Positions 52,341 to 61,440 of a stretch of DNA of 64,000 nucleotides are shown piece by piece. The DNA is from Blastocatellia bacterium (GTDB lineage Bacteria; Acidobacteriota; Blastocatellia; UBA7656), in the NCBI GenBank assembly GCA_963765495.1, contig CAVXWP010000002.1:1-64000 (forward strand), in the 5' to 3' direction. The notes beneath the pieces were generated by a model. It ran no database searches. It saw only the letters and a list, made by a program, of their open reading frames with translations, and was not told the DNA's origin. Position 1 is the stretch's first letter. Each line of letters starts with the position of its first letter. A program made the position numbers and the translations under genes.

Positions 52341-52961
52341 ATGAAATTGCACATACCCTGCTTATTCACTATCTTCTCTTTGTTTCTTCCATCCGCTGTG
52401 GTTTCTCAAGATTCACATGTTCATTCTCAATATAATAAGAATATAAAGGCCACTGTTGTTCAAACCGATTCTATGTTTCTCGTTAATTCTCTTTCTCACT
52501 TCTTGCAATTTGAATTGACCTCCAATTTGCCCGGCGAACACTTGACAAAGCCTCCAAAGAAAATAACTTTGATGATTTGGTCAAGTTCCCCGACTATCCT
52601 TTTCACAAAGGACACAGATCGGAAGATTCGCTTCAATACTGATGGCGAAAGATGGACATTATCACCGACGACCTATCTGCTCTTGAAAGGAGAAGCCAAG
52701 AATGGGAAGGAAGCATTCTATTCTGAGAAACGTCCAGACATGGGTATAACATTTTCATTGCCGCAAACTGCACTGATTAGGAACGGGAGGGACATAAATG
52801 GATTGTACCTAGAATGGATAATTGGTGAGCTGAAACCAGAGCAATTGAAAAAACTTATTGAAGCGAAGGAGGTCGCGGGAGAAATGGGAAGATCAATCTT
52901 CAACCTCACAGAAAACCAGTTGAATACAATTCGAGAGTTTGCAAATCGCATCACTCCTTAA
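52341..52961 (+). CDS. Secreted hypothetical protein
   Basis: Signal peptide; fills the cassette. Confidence 0.78.
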   Translation: MKLHIPCLFTIFSLFLPSAVVSQDSHVHSQYNKNIKATVVQTDSMFLVNSLSHFLQFELTSNLPGEHLTKPPKKITLMIWSSSPTILFTKDTDRKIRFNTDGERWTLSPTTYLLLKGEAKNGKEAFYSEKRPDMGITFSLPQTALIRNGRDINGLYLEWIIGELKPEQLKKLIEAKEVAGEMGRSIFNLTENQLNTIREFANRITP

Positions 52962-53212
52962 GAAAGGAAACCAGCCTAACTGCTCATTCCAGCGGACGCG
53001 CTTTCCAACTACTCGTGTTCCATCAACCGCCAGCGCGCCGCTGAACTCGTCGTTAGGCCCCCTCGTTTGCCCTGCGAGTCTTGATTTGGAAAAGAGAATG
53101 AGAATGTTGGCCCGCCAAGAAATTGACCGATTCAAATTGAATATCAGTCTCATTCTGCATAATATTAATGCGCATTCGCAGATTCGGTTAGAGCTTTGTC
53201 ATCTGTAATTGT

Positions 53213-54019
53213 ATGTTACAAGAACACATAGAAATACTTCAGAAGCAGATGATGCTCCGATTGGAGGAGATACGCACAACCTATCGCCATAGTGGGAACA
53301 AAGGAACCAACGCCGAACAGGTTCTTCGTGACTTCTTAAGATATTTCCTGCCACCATATAACCGTGTCGGTCACGGGGAGGTAATTGATCATAGTGGTGT
53401 TAGTAGTCGCCAACTCGACGTCATAATCACTAACGAGTACCACCCGTTCCTCAATGATCTTTCCGTGCCTAGTGTATTTATTGTAGAGGGTGTGTCCTGC
53501 GTTGCAGAGGTGAAGAGCGTGCTAACAGGAGTTGAGCTTGAACGAGCATTAGAAAACTCCCTTTCCTTCAAGCGTCTATCTGTAACTATCCAGAAAGGTG
53601 CAACCGTTTTCGGAAATCGAGAGGACATCTCGCGATTCGTCGATAAGCGGCCATCATTCCTCTTTGCATTCGAATCACAACTCTCAATAATGACGATCAA
53701 AACAAAAATTGAGGCGTGGAATCAGAAACATGGCCTTGCAGTTCCAGAGCAGATTGATGCGGTTTTCATAATGACAGGAGGTAGCATTATTAACTTTGGG
53801 ACTGGCGCGGGAACTCTACAATTCATCACGCCTGAGGGAGAATCTAAGCCTGGGTATGTTTTCCGAGACCCAAACAACGACCGCCCTCTCGTTTCGCTCC
53901 TCTCATGGATTAGTGCCTCACTTCCGCATTTCACCTTACCGTCCCCCCCTATTCTCAATTATCTTGTAAAAGATATAACAACTATCAATAGTGGACCTAA
54001 ACCAACAGAAGATGCATAA
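53213..54019 (+). CDS. DUF6602-like PD-(D/E)XK nuclease
   Basis: HSGNKGTNAEQVLRDFL..SRQLDVII..VAEVKSVL. Confidence 0.82.
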   Translation: MLQEHIEILQKQMMLRLEEIRTTYRHSGNKGTNAEQVLRDFLRYFLPPYNRVGHGEVIDHSGVSSRQLDVIITNEYHPFLNDLSVPSVFIVEGVSCVAEVKSVLTGVELERALENSLSFKRLSVTIQKGATVFGNREDISRFVDKRPSFLFAFESQLSIMTIKTKIEAWNQKHGLAVPEQIDAVFIMTGGSIINFGTGAGTLQFITPEGESKPGYVFRDPNNDRPLVSLLSWISASLPHFTLPSPPILNYLVKDITTINSGPKPTEDA

Positions 54020-54458
54020 CAATCATTTGTGATATTTGGTTAGAAGTCCGGCCTAACTGCTCATTCCAGCGGACGCGCATTCCACCTCCTCATTATCCCT
54101 TCAATACCCGCGCGCCGCTGAACTCGTCGTTATACCCCTGCGCGATGTCGCGGCACTTTCAATGCTGAGTGGAGAATGGAAACTACATTCTTGAAAAGCT
54201 GGATTTGGCGGGTTGCTCTATTCATGGCTTCTGAATCGAGGTGTCTGCGATGTAAGCATCTCTTCAACCAACTGCACAAAGTTTCACTACGGGGCATAAC
54301 AATCGGTTCGACCGGACCCGCATTCCAACTACTCGTGTTCCATCAACCCACAGCGGGCCGATCAACCGAGGCGTTAGGCGTCTTGATTAGAGTCGAAAAA
54401 TTCAGCTATCCTGAATTCAAAAGCATAAACTTGAGTTGAATAGATTCGGATCGTTGAA

Positions 54459-55640
54459 ATGCCAAGGAAGAAAACTACAAATAGAAAGCAATCCAAACAG
54501 AGGCAGCAAACAGGCTCTACTGTAAAGAAGGGGAAGATCGTTGAGAAGATTACAGCAGCATTTCATGAAAACCCTGATGTAACCGTTCGCCTTAACGTAT
54601 TCCTTCCCGTGCTTGGAACGGGGAAAAGAAGACGAGAAATAGATGTTTTAGTCGTTGGTCAGGTAGCAGGATATTCTAAGAGAATTGCTTTCGAGTGCAA
54701 AAACGAAAGATCATCTGTTGGTGTTCAAAAGATAGACGAATTTATAGGCAAGCTGAAAGATGTGGGAATCCCGCCACAAGATGGAGTTTATGTTTCTGCA
54801 AGTGGTTACACTCAAGGCGCAATCGAAAGAGCTCATAAAGAAGGTCTTAAAACGCTTACCCTTGAAGGACTTACCAAAGAAGGACTCTCGGCTATCCTTC
54901 ATGAAGCCTTCCAAGCAGTCGTTTTTCTTATGGGTGAGATTACTCAATTCACTATAGAATACGACGAGGAAACAGGTTGCTCTGACAATCCTTATATGTT
55001 TTTCAATGAAAGAGGCGAGTTCTACACCTTTCTCCATGATTTTCTTTGGGATGCATGGCTAACAGGCCAACTCCCTTTGATAATAGGAACCCATTCTTAC
55101 AATGTTAAACTGCCACAAAAGCTTTATCAGTTTGTGGATAAGAAGCTTAAATCTGTCAGGGCTGTCACAATAAAGTCGATGATTTCAGGACTTGTAATTC
55201 ATACATCGGGGAAGGGTGAACAGTTATTGCTTCGAGATGCAAGCACAAAAGCTATTGAACGAACTACGGTGAAGATCAAGTTCGATACTTCGAAGAAACA
55301 GTATCCTGCCACCTTAATTCAGAGTGAAAAAGAACTTGATTCATTTCTTGAAAGGCTAGAACCCTTTAGAATTGTAACACGTGTAAGACTTCCAAGGATT
55401 AGAACAGACCGAGGGGTTTACTGGCCGCCAAGTGATCGAATAGTTTCCGTTCTTATGCAAAGACACCGTGCCTATCAGATGGGCGAAATCTCAGAACTAT
55501 CCTTCGATGATTTAGGAGAAATCGAAGGGTCTGAGCTTAATGGTGCTTGGGAATCAATTTCAGAAAGATATATAGCGGCTCGCCAATATTGGAGAAGTAC
55601 TAGCGAATCAAAAAAGAGCGAATCAGAAAAGGATGAGTAG
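54459..55640 (+). CDS. Restriction endonuclease (Mrr-like) domain protein
   Basis: REIDVLV..IAFECKN..GVYVSASGYTQGA. Confidence 0.85.
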   Translation: MPRKKTTNRKQSKQRQQTGSTVKKGKIVEKITAAFHENPDVTVRLNVFLPVLGTGKRRREIDVLVVGQVAGYSKRIAFECKNERSSVGVQKIDEFIGKLKDVGIPPQDGVYVSASGYTQGAIERAHKEGLKTLTLEGLTKEGLSAILHEAFQAVVFLMGEITQFTIEYDEETGCSDNPYMFFNERGEFYTFLHDFLWDAWLTGQLPLIIGTHSYNVKLPQKLYQFVDKKLKSVRAVTIKSMISGLVIHTSGKGEQLLLRDASTKAIERTTVKIKFDTSKKQYPATLIQSEKELDSFLERLEPFRIVTRVRLPRIRTDRGVYWPPSDRIVSVLMQRHRAYQMGEISELSFDDLGEIEGSELNGAWESISERYIAARQYWRSTSESKKSESEKDE

Positions 55641-55947
55641 TCAATATCAGGAGATAAAACCGATGAGGTGTATGTATTGGGCTAATAAACCTTAATACTT
55701 CGAAAGCTTCGTCGATAATCCCCAAGTCTGCCGCCTAACTGCTCATTCCAGCGGACCCGCATTCCAACTTCTCATTGTTCCAGAGATGAATGGGGGCGCT
55801 CGCATCGCCCCGGCTGATTCATCCGCTTGCTTGCCCTCATTTATCATCCGTTGCTGTTTGTTCGTCACTGTCAGCCAAATGTTTTTCTATGACTTCGCGC
55901 AGAATCTCGGCCGCATTCCTTCCACCAATCACTTCATACCGGCCTGT

Positions 55948-56190
55948 CTATAACCTCAGCGCCAATCTGTAGGCTTCCGACTCCCTAAACAACAATTCAA
56001 TAAATCGGTCCAGTTCGGTTTCTACTACCTGCCAGCCGCAGCCTCCTTTCCTCATCCCTCGGCGCAATACAATAAACAGGTCAGCTAATGCTTCTCGGCT
56101 CTCTTCTGATAGTCCTTCAAGGCGTACAAGCCTGCTCTCATCATCCATAAACAGGATGGCTTGATTCTCCTGGCTCGATTCTGTTTCCAT
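55948..56190 (-). CDS. Hypothetical protein
   Basis: ORF in the leftward operon. Confidence 0.55.
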   Translation of the reverse strand: METESSQENQAILFMDDESRLVRLEGLSEESREALADLFIVLRRGMRKGGCGWQVVETELDRFIELLFRESEAYRLALRL

Positions 56191-56274
56191 GTTCTTGCCT
56201 TTCTACGCGCTGATGAGGCGCGTGGGATAGTGGGCCGTGCGGTTCTTTGTCGGAGCGCACGGCCCGTAGCCTTA

Positions 56275-56631
56275 CTATGCTGCGCGCTGTCCTAACTCGG
56301 CGCGCTCATAATCAATCAAGGCAATTCGATAATCTCGGCGCATTCGCTCAATCTCTGCGGTGAGCATAGCACCCCGGCGCTCAAGAATTCGGGCTGTCTC
56401 TCTGTCTCGGCTGTATTGAGCATCGGCTTTCAGAGTGGCGCGTGCGGCTCTCTCGCGTAGCTTGTCGTTTGTGTACATCGGCTTCCCGTCTTCGCCTCTG
56501 GCCTCGGCCGCATCACACACGGCGTCAAGCTCTCTGTCTTTGATCTGCTCTCTCACAATGGCGAGGTCTTCACTATCGGTTATCAACTCCTGTTGCTTGC
56601 TTTCGATCTGTGCGGGTATCTGATGAATCAT
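56275..56631 (-). CDS. Hypothetical coiled-coil protein
   Basis: AGGAG RBS before ATG 56631. Confidence 0.7.
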   Translation of the reverse strand: MIHQIPAQIESKQQELITDSEDLAIVREQIKDRELDAVCDAAEARGEDGKPMYTNDKLRERAARATLKADAQYSRDRETARILERRGAMLTAEIERMRRDYRIALIDYERAELGQRAA

Positions 56632-56681
56632 GGTCTTATCTCCTGAGTGGGGCAAGTCGAGCTTGCCCCGGTCTGGTGTCG

Positions 56682-57455
56682 TTAGTTTGTGGTTGCGACC
56701 TGTCCGGCCTTTATGATCTTGTCGGCTACGGCAAAGATTCGCTGTGCGCTTCGTTCGGGGATCGCCTCGCCTTTTAACCAGTTCTGTATATATCCCTTGC
56801 AATAGCTGGCCCCTTCGAGGTCGAGAGCATCGAGACAAAGCAGGGCGACCGCTTCGGCCTCAGCCTCTCGAAGTGAGCGCGGAAGCGTGGCCGCGTCGTT
56901 AAAGTCTGCCTCGGTCACATGTCCTAAAAGGATGTGGCCGCATTCGTGGAAGAGTGTCTTATGTGGGAAAGTTGCCAGCGGCGAGATTGCGATTGACCGC
57001 TTCGCTGTGGCGTAGCCCTGAACATTCCCATCTGTGTGCGCGAATTTTTCCTCTGTAATGTCGAGGGCGGTTAGTGCCTGGGCCTTATCCCATTCCGGCA
57101 TCGGCGGCATCTGGTAAGGCTCTCCATCGGTCTGACAGATGACGAACCATCGAGGCTTGTAGACGAATGCCTTTATGAAAGCCTCTTTCTCTCCATCGTC
57201 GTTTGTGCGCTTTGCCGCGAGCGGCATACACAAAGTTAAAGCTCTTTCGCCTTTGCGGACCTGACGGCCGAGTGATTGCCAGCCGGGGTATGTGTTTATG
57301 GGGCCGGGTTCAATCCCTCTGATGTTGCATTGAACCATTGCGGCAATTTGATTGCCTATCGAGTACGAGTGAAAAGCAGAGTAGGCTTTGAGAATTAATC
57401 CCGGCTCGCTCACTGCTGCTGTGAGTAAATCGCTCCATCGTGTTTGATCGTCCAT
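56682..57455 (-). CDS. ardC: ArdC-like anti-restriction/ssDNA-binding protein
   Basis: YSIGNQ..TYPGWQSLGRQVRKGERA..QTDGE, and FHECGH..EAEAEAVA metallopeptidase-like motif. Confidence 0.82.
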   Translation of the reverse strand: MDDQTRWSDLLTAAVSEPGLILKAYSAFHSYSIGNQIAAMVQCNIRGIEPGPINTYPGWQSLGRQVRKGERALTLCMPLAAKRTNDDGEKEAFIKAFVYKPRWFVICQTDGEPYQMPPMPEWDKAQALTALDITEEKFAHTDGNVQGYATAKRSIAISPLATFPHKTLFHECGHILLGHVTEADFNDAATLPRSLREAEAEAVALLCLDALDLEGASYCKGYIQNWLKGEAIPERSAQRIFAVADKIIKAGQVATTN

Positions 57456-57506
57456 AGCATCCTCCAAAGTGAAGCGGGGCAAGCATCGAGAGCTTGCCCC
57501 AACTGG

Positions 57507-57854
57507 TCAGTGAGAATAGTGCGCTGTATAAAAGGCGCGGTTCATTTCGTGAGCGGGATCGGTGCGGACGTTGAGAAGATTGAAAGCCCATCTTCGAGAT
57601 AGTGCGCTGATCTGTCCGCCGATGCGTCCGAATGCTCGAAAGTCGCCTTGTGCGATGTGGTAGGCAATGTGACAGCCTTTGTGAACCGGCTCGGTTTCGG
57701 TCCCTCCCTGGCTGCGATAAACCGGATGATGCAGGTTTGTTACATCATCCGGTTTGATTGCCTGCTCGCACAGTCCACAGATCAAATGTCTATACCGCCA
57801 ATGCGAAGGTCCGAGCGGTTGCATTTGTGAAGTGGGCATTTTGGGTGCTCGCAA
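57507..57854 (-). CDS. Small HNH-like zinc-binding protein
   Basis: CGLC..NLHHP..SQGG..VHKGCH..H. Confidence 0.65.
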   Translation of the reverse strand: MRAPKMPTSQMQPLGPSHWRYRHLICGLCEQAIKPDDVTNLHHPVYRSQGGTETEPVHKGCHIAYHIAQGDFRAFGRIGGQISALSRRWAFNLLNVRTDPAHEMNRAFYTAHYSH

Positions 57855-58090
57855 GCTTTCTTGATGAGCACTTGTGCGCCGTCATCAAGTGTGACAGGCT
57901 TTGCGCCATCCCATGCTTTTGTTTCTTCTTCTGCCAGTCGGATGGTTTCAAGGTCTTCTGACCAATCGCTGTAGCCCTCAAAGTCATCGGCTGCGGATAA
58001 CTCTTCGGCCTGTAATTGAAGGCTGTAGGCTGCGGGGTAATAATCCTGAGTGAGTGATTGAATGTCGGTCGGTGTCGTGTTAGTCTTCAT
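57782..58090 (-). CDS. Hypothetical protein
   Basis: AAGGA RBS before ATG 58090. Confidence 0.6.
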   Translation of the reverse strand: MKTNTTPTDIQSLTQDYYPAAYSLQLQAEELSAADDFEGYSDWSEDLETIRLAEEETKAWDGAKPVTLDDGAQVLIKKACEHPKCPLHKCNRSDLRIGGIDI

Positions 58091-58166
58091 CTTGATAATC
58101 CTTTCATTCTTGACGGGGTGAAAGATTTGAGAGGCTGAGAGGGTCCAATCTCTCAGCCTTTCGCTG

Positions 58167-58295
58167 TTAGAATGGGTAGTCTTGTTCGTCTTCGTGTAAC
58201 CATTCGCCAAAGTCTTCGGCGGACATTTCAAACTCAACTTGCGGAATGTTGCCTGCCTTGACTTGCTCAAGTGTGCGCGTCTCTTTTTCCTTCAT
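58167..58295 (-). CDS. 42-aa acidic small protein (not in ORF track)
   Basis: AGGAG RBS; MKEKETRTLEQVKAGNIPQVEFEMSAEDFGEWLHEDEQDYPF*. Confidence 0.55.
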   Translation of the reverse strand: MKEKETRTLEQVKAGNIPQVEFEMSAEDFGEWLHEDEQDYPF

Positions 58296-58472
58296 CGTTG
58301 TAGTCTCCTGAATTGAAGTAGTGAATTGTTTTGGGTGAGTGTTGCGTGTTGTCGGATGAGTTACTATTCTTGGCTCATCTCTGCGCCCGTCACCTAATCA
58401 GCTACGGAACCTCGCCGTAGTCCCTTTTGGCTTCGCACTAAGTTATCAAACATCAATCATTCAATGATTAAA

Positions 58473-58642
58473 TATTACGCTCTTTCGGAATTTATGTCAA
58501 GAAAATAATTACGATTCATCGTAAATTGCCTCTTGAAAAATTACCACTCTTACTGGAAAATGTTAAATAGTACTAACGAAAGAGCGTAATAAACTGACAA
58601 GCAAATATTTTCATTCTTGTAATTGATTCCGAAAGGGTGTAA
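58473..58642. promoter_or_regulatory. Divergent promoter region with operator-like repeats
   Basis: TATTACGCTCTTTCG (58473), its exact inverse (58577-58591), and a third degenerate copy (58626-58642) in an AT-rich intergenic region. Confidence 0.6.
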
Positions 58643-58675
58643 ACTGGCCTCTGAGTTTGCTAGTATGCGGAGGCT

Positions 58676-59032
58676 ATGATGAAACTATTTGTCAAAGAAG
58701 TAGCAGAAGCCAAAGGATACAAGAACGCGAAGGCTTTGACGGATGCCATGTCTGAGTCCTTCGGAGTTCGGATTTCCTATTCGACTATTTACCCTTTGTG
58801 GGATGATACAGCGCAGCAATGGTCAAGAAAGACATTTGACCGGCTGTGTAAATTCCTACAGGTTCCGGCTGGCATGCTGATCCAGTTCGTTGATGAATCG
58901 GTGCTTTCTAATCAAAATTCGACATCGAAGGAAAGCGGGAAGTCGAAACGAGCATTAGGCGCTAAGACTGAGAGCAAATCAAAGCGTGCTATACATAGGG
59001 CTGCCGGTCTGAGAGTTACGGCACTTAGCTGA
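58676..59032 (+). CDS. Xre/Cro-like HTH regulator
   Basis: ISYSTIYPLWDD..KTFDRLCKFLQVPAGMLI. Confidence 0.8.
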   Translation: MMKLFVKEVAEAKGYKNAKALTDAMSESFGVRISYSTIYPLWDDTAQQWSRKTFDRLCKFLQVPAGMLIQFVDESVLSNQNSTSKESGKSKRALGAKTESKSKRAIHRAAGLRVTALS

Positions 59033-59043
59033 TAGGATGCGCG

Positions 59044-59310
59044 ATGGCTATCACAGGCATTCCAGCATATGACGGGCGAATTGCTGTAGAGTTCTCGTTG
59101 CGTTGCTTGTGCGGCCGTCGCTTTTTTGTCTTCAACCCATCCGGCTCTGTGATCGGTGCGGCCGAAGACAGGGCAAAAGAGCGAGCCGTAAAATTGAAAG
59201 CTACCTATGTTAATGCTCGGCTCTCGCCCTGGCGGTACTGTGAAGATTGCCATCAGTTGCTCATTTTTTCGGCTGAGTGCGATATTCAAACAAGTGAGTT
59301 TGTGCAGTAG
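59044..59310 (+). CDS. Small zinc-finger-like protein
   Basis: CLCG and CEDC motifs. Confidence 0.55.
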   Translation: MAITGIPAYDGRIAVEFSLRCLCGRRFFVFNPSGSVIGAAEDRAKERAVKLKATYVNARLSPWRYCEDCHQLLIFSAECDIQTSEFVQ

Positions 59311-59335
59311 TAAACCACTTATGGAGTAGTAACCA

Positions 59336-59560
59336 ATGAAAAAAGAAGATGTTTCACCGACCTTGCCCGATACATCATCAACCTCGATGTTGCCACAATC
59401 AATGACTTCATCCGAGAAACCCGTGCCGAAGCTCAGTCAGAAAGCGTACAACGCGCTGTTTCGGATACTCAAGAAGAGAGCGAGTCAGCACAAGGCCAAC
59501 AAGATCGCGGCAGATCAAGCATTAAGAGTCGCGCCGAAAATCAGCGACGAGATAATGTAA
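59336..59560 (+). CDS. Hypothetical protein
   Basis: GGAG RBS; position within the operon. Confidence 0.5.
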   Translation: MKKEDVSPTLPDTSSTSMLPQSMTSSEKPVPKLSQKAYNALFRILKKRASQHKANKIAADQALRVAPKISDEIM

Positions 59561-59683
59561 GATCATGAAGATTTTCAATCTTCGGCTTGCCTAACGTTGG
59601 CCTCATGAACCAGCGGACAGCCGCGCGATACTTGGCATGATTAGTAAGTTAGAGTTATTGTGCTGTCTTCGGGAGGAGTACTT

Positions 59684-61114
59684 ATGGCAATCGAAATAAG
59701 CCAAGCAATTAGAGACCTTGATAATCCTCAAGGACATGATCGCCTTATCGGGGGATTCGGTCAGTGCTTCTCTGCACACGCTTGGGAAGGCCATCAGCAC
59801 TACGGCCCTGGGGCACTAGTTGTAGTCCTTTCAGATGTGAAGGAAGTTAAAAATTCGCCTGGGCACTTTGCGGTCTCACCAAAATATGCCCCGCAAGGTA
59901 GCGAATTATTAAAGAAAACGGGATTTTGGCCGCACAGTGGAATGGAAAAGATACTCGAAGAATATGATCCAGAGCGTGAAGTAATAATTATCATTGTTGG
60001 GCTGAGTAGACGAGTTGATTGTTATAGCTGGCCCACGCCTGAAAATATATTTCCTCCCAAAGCTCACAAAGAATGGAGAGCTAAACATCCTATTGGAATC
60101 CGACTCGATCCTAACAGTACTCTGGAAGAATGCCTGCAAGTCTTAATCAATTATGAATTCAGTCAAAGGGAAAAACAGATAGCAGTTCGAAAGAGGATTT
60201 TATCTGACCCTGCTCATCAAGCTAGCTACCTGAGTAGTCTTATTGAGGAGCAGAAAAGGCTGCGCGCAGAACTCGAAGCGGGTGGTATAGGGATAGATAT
60301 AAATGGCCGGGCGTATCTCATTGAAGAACCGACTCAGCCCCCTAGGAATTCATTTGAACGGCTGAATCATTCGATAAAGGTCGTGGAGTATTTGGCTACA
60401 ACCACTGCCGTAAATCGAGCGGTTCAAGTTTACGAAATGAGTAAGGCAAGCGGAGGAGATTGGCTCAAAGAAGCGGCCAGAGCCGGACTTGAAACCTATG
60501 ATGATAAATTGACCGTTTCGATGGCTTCACACTTGTCAGCGGATTTCATTTCTGAGGTTGATTTAGCAGACGATACAGAAGAAATACGTAAGATTATTCT
60601 GCTATTAACGGCAGCAAGGCTTCGTGCCAATATGAAAAGGTATCCACGTATTCAGGCAGCATTGGAGGCTGAAGCGAGAGCAGAAGGTAAATCAGTCAAT
60701 GATATATTGCTATCAAAACTTCTGAGCGGCACGGTTCTCGCTTGGGCTGCGTATGAACAAGAGACACATAGCCCTTCTTTCAATGACAGTAACATTCTCG
60801 TCAATGAACTCGCCAAACTAATTACCAATGACTCTCAGCCTGAAAGAGAGCAAAACTATCTGAGCGACCCACAAAGTCAGATAGATAAAACGGCCGATTC
60901 AAGCTCTATGGATTTTGCACGACATTTAGAAAGCATGGATGAATTGACAGCATGGTTCCGACGAGCGCGATTGACTCCTGCTGAACAGGAAGTAATTGAA
61001 TTTAAGGCGCTAGGATATACCTACGAAAAAATCGCGGAAGAGACTGGTCGCTCGGTCGGAACAGTTAAGCCGTTAGCTTCGCACGCTTTACGGAAGCTTG
61101 AGCGATCTCTCTAA
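59684..61114 (+). CDS. Protein with C-terminal sigma70 region 4/LuxR-type HTH
   Basis: LTPAEQEVI..GYTYEKIAEETGRSVGTVK..ALRKL. Confidence 0.78.
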   Translation: MAIEISQAIRDLDNPQGHDRLIGGFGQCFSAHAWEGHQHYGPGALVVVLSDVKEVKNSPGHFAVSPKYAPQGSELLKKTGFWPHSGMEKILEEYDPEREVIIIIVGLSRRVDCYSWPTPENIFPPKAHKEWRAKHPIGIRLDPNSTLEECLQVLINYEFSQREKQIAVRKRILSDPAHQASYLSSLIEEQKRLRAELEAGGIGIDINGRAYLIEEPTQPPRNSFERLNHSIKVVEYLATTTAVNRAVQVYEMSKASGGDWLKEAARAGLETYDDKLTVSMASHLSADFISEVDLADDTEEIRKIILLLTAARLRANMKRYPRIQAALEAEARAEGKSVNDILLSKLLSGTVLAWAAYEQETHSPSFNDSNILVNELAKLITNDSQPEREQNYLSDPQSQIDKTADSSSMDFARHLESMDELTAWFRRARLTPAEQEVIEFKALGYTYEKIAEETGRSVGTVKPLASHALRKLERSL

Positions 61115-61212
61115 TTACAAATTTCCTCCCTGAAAATCTTTCAAAAAAAACTTATGTGGTCGTAAACCTTTTTGCCTTCCTTGCTGCATATCTAGTGAGG
61201 GAGAAAAAGACA

Positions 61213-61440
61213 ATGACTACCTTTGTTGCTATCTATCGTGGCCAGACGGTCTCAGATTCGCGTTTGGTGGCTCTGAGTGCTGACCCCTCATTAGTCGCTG
61301 ATGTGACGGCACGAATACTTGCTGAGAGACAGGGTGAAGAGCCTGATCCGGTCGTGGCCTGTGTGGAAGAGGGTAAACGCAAGGCGCTTCGACTTATTCA
61401 AGGGGAGACTTCAAGGGATGGGCGCAACGGGCAAAGCTAA
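61213..61440 (+). CDS. Hypothetical protein
   Basis: GAGGGAG RBS; overlaps the primase start. Confidence 0.6.
   Translation: MTTFVAIYRGQTVSDSRLVALSADPSLVADVTARILAERQGEEPDPVVACVEEGKRKALRLIQGETSRDGRNGQS

Larger units (their letters stand above)
32944..55781 (+). repeat. attC: Integron cassette array, right arm: 19 attC sites plus one half site, top strand on plus
   Basis: Same attC family in the opposite orientation. Starts at 32944, 33934, 34411, 34965, 36183, 37330, 38239, 39003, 48146, 48850, 49199, 49639, 50102, 50363, 51108, 52184, 52974, 54051, 54294, and a half site at 55733. Cassette genes are plus-strand. Confidence 0.95.

Noticed and set aside
54136-54293. Coding call for the 158-bp cassette (ORF 54176..54439)
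   Set aside because: The ORF runs through the attC into the next cassette, so a gene cannot be supported. It also matches none of families A-C.
424-55781. CRISPR array interpretation of the recurring ~85-bp repeats
   Set aside because: The repeats are long imperfect palindromes with attC cores and extrahelical bases, separated by 150-9000 bp cassettes; no cas genes are present.
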